The position numbers and the translations under genes are program-made. Shown piece by piece: positions 54,974 to 63,989 of a DNA stretch of 64,000 bases (its first letter is position 1; each line of letters begins with the position of its first letter). The notes under the pieces are model-generated. The model was not told the origin of the DNA, did not search any database, and worked only from the letters and a program-made list of their open reading frames with translations. The stretch lies in assembly GCA_964650005.1 (NCBI GenBank), contig CAZYPZ010000023.1:6288-70287 (forward strand), written 5' to 3'. This stretch comes from an uncultured bacterium (GTDB lineage: Bacteria; Armatimonadota; HRBIN16).

Positions 54974-56926
54974 ATGCCGAACGAAACCAACAGACCGAAC
55001 CAGGCGTCTGTATCGCACGACCCCGCGATCAATACCCTGGTGGAGTTCGCGCAGGGAGAGGGAATCAATACCGTCTGGGATCGCTACCGGACACAGCAGC
55101 CGCAGTGCAAGTTCGGCGCCACCGGGGTGTGCTGTCGTCTGTGTCACATGGGCCCCTGTAGGATAACCCCCAAAGCGCCCAAAGGTATCTGCGGAGCGGA
55201 TGCCGACACCATTACCGCCCGGAATCTGCTGCGCGAGATCGCCGCTGGCACCGCCGCCCACTCCGACCATGGTCGCATGCTGGTGCGCACCCTGATGGGC
55301 GTGGCGCGTGGAGAGGGCGGGCCTTACAAGATCACCGATGCGCGCCGGTTGCGTGAGATGGCCGCGTTTTTCGATATCGAGACGGAAGGCCGTGACGACC
55401 TGGCGATTGCAGGCGACTTGGCCCAGTTCTGCATGGATCAGTTCGCGTGGTCGGAAGAGCCGAACAAAACGCTCAAACTGGCCCCGGAAAAACGGCAGGA
55501 GTTGTGGCGCAAGATGGAACTGGAGCCGCACGGCGTCGACTCCGCGGTAGTCGAGTTGATGCATCGCACGCACATGGGCGTGGATCACGACTATCGGCAC
55601 CTGATCAGCGGCGGGCTGCGTTGCAGTCTGGCGGACGGCTGGGTTGGCTCGATGATCGCCACCATGGTGTCCGATATCCTGTTCGGAACACCCAAACCGA
55701 TCCGCAGCCGGGTCAACCTGGGTGTGCTGGCCGAAGACAAGGTCAACATCATCGTCCATGGCCATGAACCGACGCTCTCCGAGATGCTGGCCACGGCTTC
55801 GATCGATGAGGAACTGCTGGCGTATGCACGCTCGAAGGGCGCCGCGGGCATCAATATCGCGGGTATCTGCTGTACCGCCAATGAGGTGCTGATGCGCCAT
55901 GGATTGCCCGTTGCAGGCAACTTCCTGCAGCAGGAACTGGCGATTATCACCGGCGCGGTCGAAATGATGATCGTGGATGTGCAGTGTGTGATGCCCTCTC
56001 TGCCCGAAGTGATGAAATGCTTCCACACCAAGCTGATCAGCACATCCGAAATCGCCCAGACGTTCAACGCCGAACAGATAACATTCGATGTGCAGGAGGG
56101 ATATGCCCATGCCTGCCGGCTGATCCGCATGGCGATCGACAACTTTGAGAACCGGGAAAGCAGCCGTGTGCGGATCCCGAACCAGTCGATGGAGCTGATC
56201 GCCGGATTCTCGAACGAGACCATCTTTCATATGTTGGGTGGCCGGTTCCGCAGCACGTTCCGCCCCTTGAACGATGCAATCATCGACGGACGCATCCGGG
56301 GGGTGGTGGGCATCGTGGGATGCAGCAACCCCAAAGTCCGCACGGATGACTCACACATCGCTTTGACTCGCGAACTGATCAAGAACAACGTGCTGGTGCT
56401 GCAGACCGGCTGCTCGGCGATCGCCTGCGCCAAAGAGGGGCTGCTGGTGCCGGAGGCGGCCCTGGAATGCGCCGGTGAGACGTTGCGGGAGGTATGCGAA
56501 GCGGTGGGTATTCCCCCGGTGCTGCACATGGGATCGTGTGTCGACAACAGCCGCATCCTGATGGCCGCCACCAACGTCATACGCGAAGGCGGACTGGGTG
56601 AGGATCTGTCAGATCTGCCGGCCGCAGGCGCCGCACCGGAATGGATGAGCGAGAAGGCGGTGGCGATTGGTCATTACTTCGTGGCCAGCGGTCTGTATGT
56701 CGTTTTGGGCCATCCGCTGTACGTGGAAGGCAGCGAAAACGTGACTCGGTTGCTGTGCGAGGAGATGACGGACATCACCGGCGGTCGTTTCGAGTGGGAG
56801 CCGGATCCGGTGGCCGCCGCGGGAAAGATCTTGGCGCACATCGAGGCAAAACGCGATGCGCTGGGTATTAACACCCGCAAGGAACGCAAGCTATATGACA
56901 TGAAGGAGCGGAGGGAACTGGCATGA
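54974..56926 (+). CDS. cooS: Anaerobic carbon-monoxide dehydrogenase catalytic subunit (CooS/AcsA)
   Basis: N-terminal CKFGATGVCCRLCHMGPCRI B/D-cluster motif and 650 aa. The TGA overlaps the acsB ATG in an ATGA arrangement. Confidence 0.9.
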   Translation: MPNETNRPNQASVSHDPAINTLVEFAQGEGINTVWDRYRTQQPQCKFGATGVCCRLCHMGPCRITPKAPKGICGADADTITARNLLREIAAGTAAHSDHGRMLVRTLMGVARGEGGPYKITDARRLREMAAFFDIETEGRDDLAIAGDLAQFCMDQFAWSEEPNKTLKLAPEKRQELWRKMELEPHGVDSAVVELMHRTHMGVDHDYRHLISGGLRCSLADGWVGSMIATMVSDILFGTPKPIRSRVNLGVLAEDKVNIIVHGHEPTLSEMLATASIDEELLAYARSKGAAGINIAGICCTANEVLMRHGLPVAGNFLQQELAIITGAVEMMIVDVQCVMPSLPEVMKCFHTKLISTSEIAQTFNAEQITFDVQEGYAHACRLIRMAIDNFENRESSRVRIPNQSMELIAGFSNETIFHMLGGRFRSTFRPLNDAIIDGRIRGVVGIVGCSNPKVRTDDSHIALTRELIKNNVLVLQTGCSAIACAKEGLLVPEAALECAGETLREVCEAVGIPPVLHMGSCVDNSRILMAATNVIREGGLGEDLSDLPAAGAAPEWMSEKAVAIGHYFVASGLYVVLGHPLYVEGSENVTRLLCEEMTDITGGRFEWEPDPVAAAGKILAHIEAKRDALGINTRKERKLYDMKERRELA

Positions 56927-59900
56927 GTAAAGTCATCGCTGCATCGGCGATCCGCGGAGCGCATCGGGTGGTCGCCGACGCCGAGGCCATGGTGTCAAAG
57001 GCGTTGGAAGCGCATGGCGAAGACTGCCCGGTCGGTTTCCCCGATACCGCATACGCGTTGCCGGTCATCAACTCCCTGCTGGGTATCGAGGTCAAAAAAC
57101 TGGGCGATATGCGCCCGGTGCTGGACGAGTGCCGCAGTCTGCTCACCACCGCGCCTGAAGACGATGTCTGGCTGCCGTACTTGGGTGCGACACTGGACGC
57201 CGGCATGGCCACATTGTTCGCCTTCGAGCTGATCGAAGCGATCAAGTATCTGGATGGGCCGCATCCCGTGAACGGCATATGGCTCGGCGCCGCCAGCGAT
57301 GTGATCATCCGGGAGCGCGGCATCGAGTTCGTGGACGGCTCCGCACCGGGATTCGCGGCGATTGTCGGCGCAGCTCCGGACAACGAGACCGCGGTGAAAA
57401 TCGCCCGGGAACTGCAGGAAAAGAACCTGTATGTGTTCATCGCCGGGGAGACCAATGGCGTATCGTTTGCCGAGCAGCTGGCTGAAGCCGGAGTGGAACT
57501 GGGCTGGGACACCCGGCTGGTGCCGTTCGGGAAAGACATCTCCGCGGTGATTTATGCGCTGGGGTTCGCCAACCGGGCGGCGCTGTCATTCGGCGGCGTC
57601 AAGCCGGGCGATTACTCACGCAATTTGAAATACAACAAGAACCGTATCTTCGCGTTCGTAATCGCGTTAGGCGAAGTCGACGAGGTGAAGTACGCCGCAG
57701 CCGCGGGTGCGATCTCGTACGGCTTTCCGACCATAGCAGATACGGCGATACCGCAGATTTTGCCGACGGGCATCTGTACTTACGAACATGTGGTCTCTTC
57801 GGTGCCGCATGACCGCATTGTGGAGAAGGCTCTCGAGGTCCGCGGTTGCAAGATCAAGATCACTAAGGTGCCCATTCCCGTGTCGTATGGCGCGGCGTTC
57901 GAAGGGGAACGGATTCGTAAAGAACAGACCTACGTGGAGTTCGGCGGGAACCGTACGCATGCGTTCGAGTATGTGTGCACGCGGGAAATATCCGAAGTGG
58001 AAGATGGCAAGATCACGGTCATCGGTCCCGAGATCGACGATGTGGAGGTCGGTTCATCACTGCCGTTGGCCATCTGGGTGGAAGTGGCCGGGCGCAAAAT
58101 GCAGCCCGATTTTGAGCCGATCCTGGAGCGCCAGATACATCACCTGATCAACGGCGCCGAGGGCGTATGGCACATGGGGCAGCGCGATATCATCTGGGTG
58201 CGCATCAGTAAAGGCGCGCAGGCCAAGGGGTTCAAGATACGTCACTTGGGTGAGATCATACGCGCCAAACTGTTGAGTGACTATCCCGCGATTGTCGACA
58301 AGGTGCAAGTGACGCTGTTCACAGACGCCGCCGAGGTGGAAACACGGCTGGCCGAAGCGCGGCGTGTGTACCGAGAGCGCAACCTGCGCGTGGAGTCTCT
58401 CACCGACGACAGTGTCGATACCTTTTACTCCTGTCTGCTGTGCCAAAGCTTTGCACCGAACCACGTATGCGTCATCACACCTGAACGACTGGGTTTATGT
58501 GGCGCGTATAACTGGCTGGACGGAAAAGCCGCGTACGAGATCGATCCGACAGGACCTAACCAGCCGCTGGTCAAGGGTGAATGCCTCGATCCGATCCGGG
58601 GGCAGTGGAAGAACATCAACGATTATGTCTATGTCAACTCCAAACAGACCATCAAGGCGTTCAATGCCTATTCGATGCTGAAGGATCCCATGACCAGCTG
58701 CGGCTGTTTCGAGGCGATTGTCGCGATGCTGCCGGAGTGCAACGGTGTGGCGATCGTCAACCGGGAGTACGGCGGCGACACGCCCATGGGCATGAAGTTT
58801 TCCACGCTGGCAGGGATTACGGGCGGCGGTCAGCAGACCCCCGGATTTATCGGTGTCGGCAAAGCGTATATCTCCAGCCGTAAGTTCATCTCGGCGGAGG
58901 GGGGCCACAAGCGGATCGTCTGGATGCCGGCGGAGTTGAAGCAGACGCTTCGGGAAGAGCTGATGCACATCGGTGAGCAGCTGGGGATACCCAACTACAT
59001 CGACATGATTGCGGATGAGCAGAACGCCGGCACCGATACGGCCTCGGTCATCGCGCACATGCAGAAGATGGGACATCCCGCTCTGGAGATGTGGGATATC
59101 ACGCAGTCGTCGCCGGAGCTGGCGGCATTTGACGCTCAGCGGGGTGTCGCCTTGGAAGAGTCCGCAGCTGCCAGCGCTCAGCCGGCGCCCGCGCCGAAGC
59201 CTGCTCAAGCGTCCGTACCGGAACCTGTCGCGGAAACGCCTGCGCCGACTGCGGCAGTCTCCTCCGAGCCGACTTCAGCCGTCAGTGAGTCTGCGCCGGC
59301 AAGTGTTGTCACCAACGCTCCTAGCGCTCCGGTCGCTCCGTTGCAGACACAGGGCATCGACTATGTGATGTCGGTACTGGACCGGATGCGCAGTCAGGGA
59401 TTGCCGACTGCCGGTCCGGATGCGTCCCCCGAACAGCAGCTGGCGGCGTTACAGGCATCCACCGCACTGAACCTGTTGACCGCGGGCGCGAACATGCTGT
59501 TGATGTACAGCGGATTGCTGGGCGCCATACCCGCGACGCCCGTAACCCCTGTGTCCACCCCTGCCTCTGCGCCGCCGGAACCCGCCGCGCCGGCCGAGCC
59601 TGTGACGCAGTCAGTGCAGGCTCCAGCTCCTCCGGCAGTCGAGGCGCCGCCTCCGGTACGTCCGGTGACTTCTGCGCTGATCGTCACGCCGACCACGGTC
59701 CCCACCTACAGTGACGCTTCCGCCATGGCGGTGCGCACGGTGACATTGGGAGGGAGCGGCACGCGCACCTCTGCGGTCACCATCGGCGGTGCCGAGGTAA
59801 TGCCGTTCCGCCACTATGAGGGGAACGCGGGACATCGCCCGGTGATCGCCATGGAGGTGTTCGACCAGCTGCCCAGAAACTATCCGGACAGCCTGAGAGA

Positions 59901-60651
59901 CGCGTATGGACAGCTGTTGGACGATCCCGCGGCCATGGCCAAGTACTGCGTGGAGCAGCTCAAAGCGGAAGTCATCAGCGTGCGGCTGGAAAGCGCTCAT
60001 CCGGACCAAGGGGATGCATCGCCTGCGGCCTGTGTGGACTTCATCCGCCAGATCATGCAGGCGGTGGGGGTGCCCATTATCGTCACCGGCCCGGCGCATT
60101 ACGAGAAATGCAACGCGGTGATGAAGGAGGTGGCCAGCCAGTTCGCCGGTGAGAACCTGTTGCTGAACTGGGTGGAGACCGACAACTACAAAACAATTGT
60201 CGCCGCCGCCATGGCGTATAATCACTGCGTCGTCACACAGACTCCGATCGACGTGAATATGGCCAAGCAGCTCAACATCCTGTGTACCAACATGGGGCTG
60301 GCGCCGGACAAGATCGTGATCGATGCGTTGACCGGGGCCTTGGGATATGGTCTGGAGTATACCTACTCGGTGATGGAGCGCATCCGTTCTTCTGTGTTCA
60401 CCGGTGATGCGATGCTGGCCATGCCAATGCTGGTGACGCCGGGGTATGAGGTGGCGAAGATCAAGGAGAGCAAAGCGCCGGCAAGTGCTTTCCCGCTGTG
60501 GGGGCCTGAGTCCGAGCGCGGCGCACTGCTGGAAATCGCCACTGCAATGAGTCTGCTGAATGCCGGTGCGGATCTGCTGGTGATGTACCACCCGACGGCG
60601 GCGCGTACGGTGGGACAGAAGATCGCCGATATGACCCGGGTAGCTGGGTGA
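56923..60651 (+). CDS. acsB: Acetyl-CoA synthase beta subunit (AcsB/CdhC) fused via an Ala/Pro-rich linker to the corrinoid Fe-S protein small subunit (AcsD/CdhD)
   Basis: GFPDTAYALPVI (matches AcsB GYPDTAYYLPVI). A-cluster ligands CLLCQSF...C...C and SCGCFE. Residues roughly 745-905 are Ala/Pro-rich. The C-terminal roughly 330 aa match AcsD (LGGSGTRTSAVTIGGAEVMPFRHYEG, AGENLLLNWVETDNYK, SVMERIR). Confidence 0.85.
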   Translation: MSKVIAASAIRGAHRVVADAEAMVSKALEAHGEDCPVGFPDTAYALPVINSLLGIEVKKLGDMRPVLDECRSLLTTAPEDDVWLPYLGATLDAGMATLFAFELIEAIKYLDGPHPVNGIWLGAASDVIIRERGIEFVDGSAPGFAAIVGAAPDNETAVKIARELQEKNLYVFIAGETNGVSFAEQLAEAGVELGWDTRLVPFGKDISAVIYALGFANRAALSFGGVKPGDYSRNLKYNKNRIFAFVIALGEVDEVKYAAAAGAISYGFPTIADTAIPQILPTGICTYEHVVSSVPHDRIVEKALEVRGCKIKITKVPIPVSYGAAFEGERIRKEQTYVEFGGNRTHAFEYVCTREISEVEDGKITVIGPEIDDVEVGSSLPLAIWVEVAGRKMQPDFEPILERQIHHLINGAEGVWHMGQRDIIWVRISKGAQAKGFKIRHLGEIIRAKLLSDYPAIVDKVQVTLFTDAAEVETRLAEARRVYRERNLRVESLTDDSVDTFYSCLLCQSFAPNHVCVITPERLGLCGAYNWLDGKAAYEIDPTGPNQPLVKGECLDPIRGQWKNINDYVYVNSKQTIKAFNAYSMLKDPMTSCGCFEAIVAMLPECNGVAIVNREYGGDTPMGMKFSTLAGITGGGQQTPGFIGVGKAYISSRKFISAEGGHKRIVWMPAELKQTLREELMHIGEQLGIPNYIDMIADEQNAGTDTASVIAHMQKMGHPALEMWDITQSSPELAAFDAQRGVALEESAAASAQPAPAPKPAQASVPEPVAETPAPTAAVSSEPTSAVSESAPASVVTNAPSAPVAPLQTQGIDYVMSVLDRMRSQGLPTAGPDASPEQQLAALQASTALNLLTAGANMLLMYSGLLGAIPATPVTPVSTPASAPPEPAAPAEPVTQSVQAPAPPAVEAPPPVRPVTSALIVTPTTVPTYSDASAMAVRTVTLGGSGTRTSAVTIGGAEVMPFRHYEGNAGHRPVIAMEVFDQLPRNYPDSLRDAYGQLLDDPAAMAKYCVEQLKAEVISVRLESAHPDQGDASPAACVDFIRQIMQAVGVPIIVTGPAHYEKCNAVMKEVASQFAGENLLLNWVETDNYKTIVAAAMAYNHCVVTQTPIDVNMAKQLNILCTNMGLAPDKIVIDALTGALGYGLEYTYSVMERIRSSVFTGDAMLAMPMLVTPGYEVAKIKESKAPASAFPLWGPESERGALLEIATAMSLLNAGADLLVMYHPTAARTVGQKIADMTRVAG

Positions 60652-60664
60652 AGGGAGAATAACG

Positions 60665-62011
60665 ATGGCTCTTTCCGGACTGGATATCTTCAAACTGCTG
60701 CCCAAGACCAACTGCGGTGAGTGCGGGGTGCCCACGTGCATGGCGTTCGCCATGAAACTTGCCTCCAAGAACGCGGAACTGGCCGCCTGTCCATACGCCT
60801 CCGAGGAAGCAATCGCCAAGATAGGCGCCGCCAGCAAGCCGCCGATCCGGTTGGTGAAAATCGGGCCGGCCGAGAGCGAAGTCGCGGTGGGAAACGAAAC
60901 CGTGATGTTCCGCCATGAGAAGACGTTCGTTCACCAGACCGCGTTCGCTGTCGCGTTCTCGGACGCGCAATCGAGCACGGAGTTGGCCCATTTGACCGCA
61001 GACTTGCGCGAGTACTGCCTCGAACGTGTCGGCGAGCAGCTTCGGCTGGATCTGGCGCTGGTGGACAACACCACCGGCGATGTGGAGCCGTTCGTGGCCG
61101 CGGTCAAAGCGGTCGCCGGCGGTACGGGACGCGGTGTGATCTTGAAGAGCGGCAATCTGGACGCCCTGGATGCGGCGTTGAATGTCCTGCCGGGGCAGCG
61201 TCCGTTGATCCATGCCGCCACTTCTGAAAACGCAGACGCCGTTGCGGCGCTGGCGTTGAAACATAAAGCGCCGGTTGTGGCAACGGCGACCGGCTTGGAT
61301 GAACTGGCGGCCTTGACCCAGCGCCTTCAGGGCTTGGGCGTAACGGACATCGTACTCGAGATCCCGTCGGATAATCCGGCCGCAGTGCTGCAGTTCAACA
61401 CGATCATGCGCAAAGCCGCTCTCAAGGGGCCGTATGAACCGATGGGGTATCCGATACTCAACATGGTCGTCGGTCAAGATATGGCATCGATGGTTGCCGA
61501 TGCGTCCACATTCATCTGCAAATACGCGTCGATACTGGTGATCGATTCGCTGGCCTATCAGGCGCTGCTTCCGTTGATGATGTTGCGGCAGAACATCTAT
61601 ACCGATCCGCAGAAGCCGATTCAGGTGGAGCCGAAAGTGTATGCGATCGGCGAAGCGCATGAAAACTCCCCGGTATTCGTGACCACAAACTTCTCGTTGA
61701 CCTATTTCATCGTCAGCGGGGAACTGGAAAACTCCGGCGTGCCGGCACACCTGGCGGTGGTGGAGTGCGAAGGCATGAGTGTGTTGACTGCCTGGGCGGC
61801 GGGTAAGTTCTCGGGAGAGAAGATCGCCGCTTTCATCAAGTCCTCCGGTCTGGAGAATCAGGTGAAGACACGCAAACTGGTCATACCGGGCTACGTGTCG
61901 CAGATCAGCGGTGAGCTGGAAGATGCGTTGCCGGGCTGGGAGGTAGTCGTCGGGCCGCAGGAGGCGTCGGACATCACTGCGTTTATGAAAATCTACGCGG
62001 CGGCAGGCTGA
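60665..62011 (+). CDS. acsC: Corrinoid iron-sulfur protein large subunit (AcsC/CdhE)
   Basis: N-terminal LPKTNCGECGVPTCMAFAMKLA [4Fe-4S] motif, a TIM barrel and a C-terminal B12-binding domain; 448 aa. Confidence 0.85.
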   Translation: MALSGLDIFKLLPKTNCGECGVPTCMAFAMKLASKNAELAACPYASEEAIAKIGAASKPPIRLVKIGPAESEVAVGNETVMFRHEKTFVHQTAFAVAFSDAQSSTELAHLTADLREYCLERVGEQLRLDLALVDNTTGDVEPFVAAVKAVAGGTGRGVILKSGNLDALDAALNVLPGQRPLIHAATSENADAVAALALKHKAPVVATATGLDELAALTQRLQGLGVTDIVLEIPSDNPAAVLQFNTIMRKAALKGPYEPMGYPILNMVVGQDMASMVADASTFICKYASILVIDSLAYQALLPLMMLRQNIYTDPQKPIQVEPKVYAIGEAHENSPVFVTTNFSLTYFIVSGELENSGVPAHLAVVECEGMSVLTAWAAGKFSGEKIAAFIKSSGLENQVKTRKLVIPGYVSQISGELEDALPGWEVVVGPQEASDITAFMKIYAAAG

Positions 62012-62069
62012 CGGAATGCCTGCCGGTACATACAAAACATCCGATATGAGCCGGGGGCGCAGATAGCAG

Positions 62070-63989
62070 ATGCCCGTCGTACGGTTTCTGCCTGCCGATA
62101 TCGCCGTTGAGGTCGAGCCGGGTGTGATGATCCATGAAGTGGCCATCAAGGCGGGACTCGAGGATCTTCACCTGCCATGCGGAGGCAAGGGCACATGCGG
62201 TCGGTGTCAGGTCGAGGTGGTTCAGGGCGACTTTCAACCGAGCAGCACGCGGTTGGAGTCCGCCTTGGCCACCCGGGGGCTGGTACTGGCCTGCCGCACG
62301 CGGGTCAACGGAGATATGACGATCCGATTGCGCCAGCGTCAGGAAACCGGCATCAAAGCGATGGGGGACAGTCAGTTCCTGATCAGCGACGAGTACCTGC
62401 CGGATCCCAACTCCCTGACACCGTTGTACACCGCCCATCAGGTCACCGTTCCTCCTGCGTCTGTCGAGGAGCATTACAGCGACTGGCAGCGCTTGGTGCG
62501 CGCCTTGACCCGTGATACCGGCGCGATCACCGTCACCGCCGATGCCGCCGTGCTCCGCGGGCTCGCTGAAACGGTGCGTGCCGAGGATGGACGTGTAACC
62601 GCGATCGTTCAGGAAGACGATGGAATGCTGCAGGTGCTTGACGTTTGGCCAGGACATCGGCCGACGCGGGCTTTAGGGCTGGCCATCGATGTGGGGACGA
62701 CCACTGTGGCGGTGCAACTGGTCAATATGCTGGATGGATCGGTTATAGCCAGCCGAACGGCGTACAATACACAGATCAGCCGTGGTGCGGATATCATCAC
62801 GCGTATTGACTACGCCAGAACGCCGGAACGGCTTCGGGAACTCACCAATATGGTGCTGGCGACCATCAACAGCCTGGTCGAAGAGCTGGCGGATGAGTCA
62901 CAGATTGAAGCCGACAACATTCATGCGGCGTTTATTGCGGGTAACACCACGATGATCCATCTGTTGCTGGGGTTGCCGCCGCGTTATATCCGCGAGGCCC
63001 CGTACGTCCCCACCGTAAATGCGGTTCCCGCGCTGCTGGCTGTCGAAGTCGGGCTTGCCATCCATCCGAAGGCGGTGGTCGCGTTCGCTCCGGGAGTAGG
63101 CAGCTATGTCGGCGGAGATATCACCGCCGGTTTGCTCTGTACGGAGTTTCTGTCGAACAGCGAAGAGGTGTTCCTGTTTCTCGATATCGGCACGAATGGG
63201 GAGATCGTGTTGGGTAACGCCGACTGGATGGTCACGTGCGCCTGCTCGGCGGGACCGGCGTTCGAAGGGTCGGGCATCAAATGCGGGATGCGCGCTTCGG
63301 AAGGAGCCGTCGAGTATGTGTCGATCACCCCGGGTGGCGAAACCGTCCGTTGCGATGTAATCGGTGACGGCAAGCCGGCCGGTATATGCGGCTCCGGGCT
63401 GATCTCACTGCTGGGCGAGCTGCTGCTCAGCGGTGTGATCGACCAATCGGGGCGTTTCAACACCGACCTGCCTACAGGTCGGTGGGTAGAGTGCGGTGGT
63501 ACGACCGCCTATGTGATTGCCCGGGCCGAGGAGACGCTGTCCGGTGAGAACCTGGTGATTACCGAGGCGGACATCGAAAACCTTATGCGTACCAAGGCGG
63601 CCATTTACGCAGCCTGCGCGTTGATCTTGAACAACGTGGGGCTTGAATGGAGCGCCATATCCCGGATATTCATCGCCGGCGGTTTTGGACGGTATATCGA
63701 CATCCAGGACGCCATACTGATCGGGCTGCTTCCCGATCTGCCGGCTGACCGCTTCCGCTACATTGGCAACTCTGCGCTGACCGGCGCCTATATCGCGTTG
63801 CTGTCGCGCGAACATCGGCAGCGGTTGATGCAGATCGCCTCGGCGATGACGTATATAGACTTGAGCAGCGATCATCGGTATATGGATAGTTATCTCGGGG
63901 CGCTGTTTTTGCCCCACACCGATCTGTCACAGTTTCCATCGGTCAGCGGCCGGTTGGCCGCGCTGAAAGAAGCCGTGTCAGGCGCCTGA
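62070..63989 (+). CDS. Reductive activator of corrinoid protein (RACo-like; N-terminal [2Fe-2S] ferredoxin domain plus ASKHA ATPase)
   Basis: LHLPCGGKGTCGRCQV plant-type ferredoxin Cys motif, followed by a roughly 500-aa actin-like ATPase; 639 aa. Confidence 0.75.
   Translation: MPVVRFLPADIAVEVEPGVMIHEVAIKAGLEDLHLPCGGKGTCGRCQVEVVQGDFQPSSTRLESALATRGLVLACRTRVNGDMTIRLRQRQETGIKAMGDSQFLISDEYLPDPNSLTPLYTAHQVTVPPASVEEHYSDWQRLVRALTRDTGAITVTADAAVLRGLAETVRAEDGRVTAIVQEDDGMLQVLDVWPGHRPTRALGLAIDVGTTTVAVQLVNMLDGSVIASRTAYNTQISRGADIITRIDYARTPERLRELTNMVLATINSLVEELADESQIEADNIHAAFIAGNTTMIHLLLGLPPRYIREAPYVPTVNAVPALLAVEVGLAIHPKAVVAFAPGVGSYVGGDITAGLLCTEFLSNSEEVFLFLDIGTNGEIVLGNADWMVTCACSAGPAFEGSGIKCGMRASEGAVEYVSITPGGETVRCDVIGDGKPAGICGSGLISLLGELLLSGVIDQSGRFNTDLPTGRWVECGGTTAYVIARAEETLSGENLVITEADIENLMRTKAAIYAACALILNNVGLEWSAISRIFIAGGFGRYIDIQDAILIGLLPDLPADRFRYIGNSALTGAYIALLSREHRQRLMQIASAMTYIDLSSDHRYMDSYLGALFLPHTDLSQFPSVSGRLAALKEAVSGA

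Noticed and set aside
54824-56230. 468-aa minus-strand ORF antisense to cooS
   Set aside because: Shadow ORF. CooS on the plus strand has a canonical cluster-binding N-terminus.
60461-62149. 562-aa minus-strand ORF antisense to acsC and the end of acsB
   Set aside because: It is a shadow ORF crossing a gene boundary with no domain signal.
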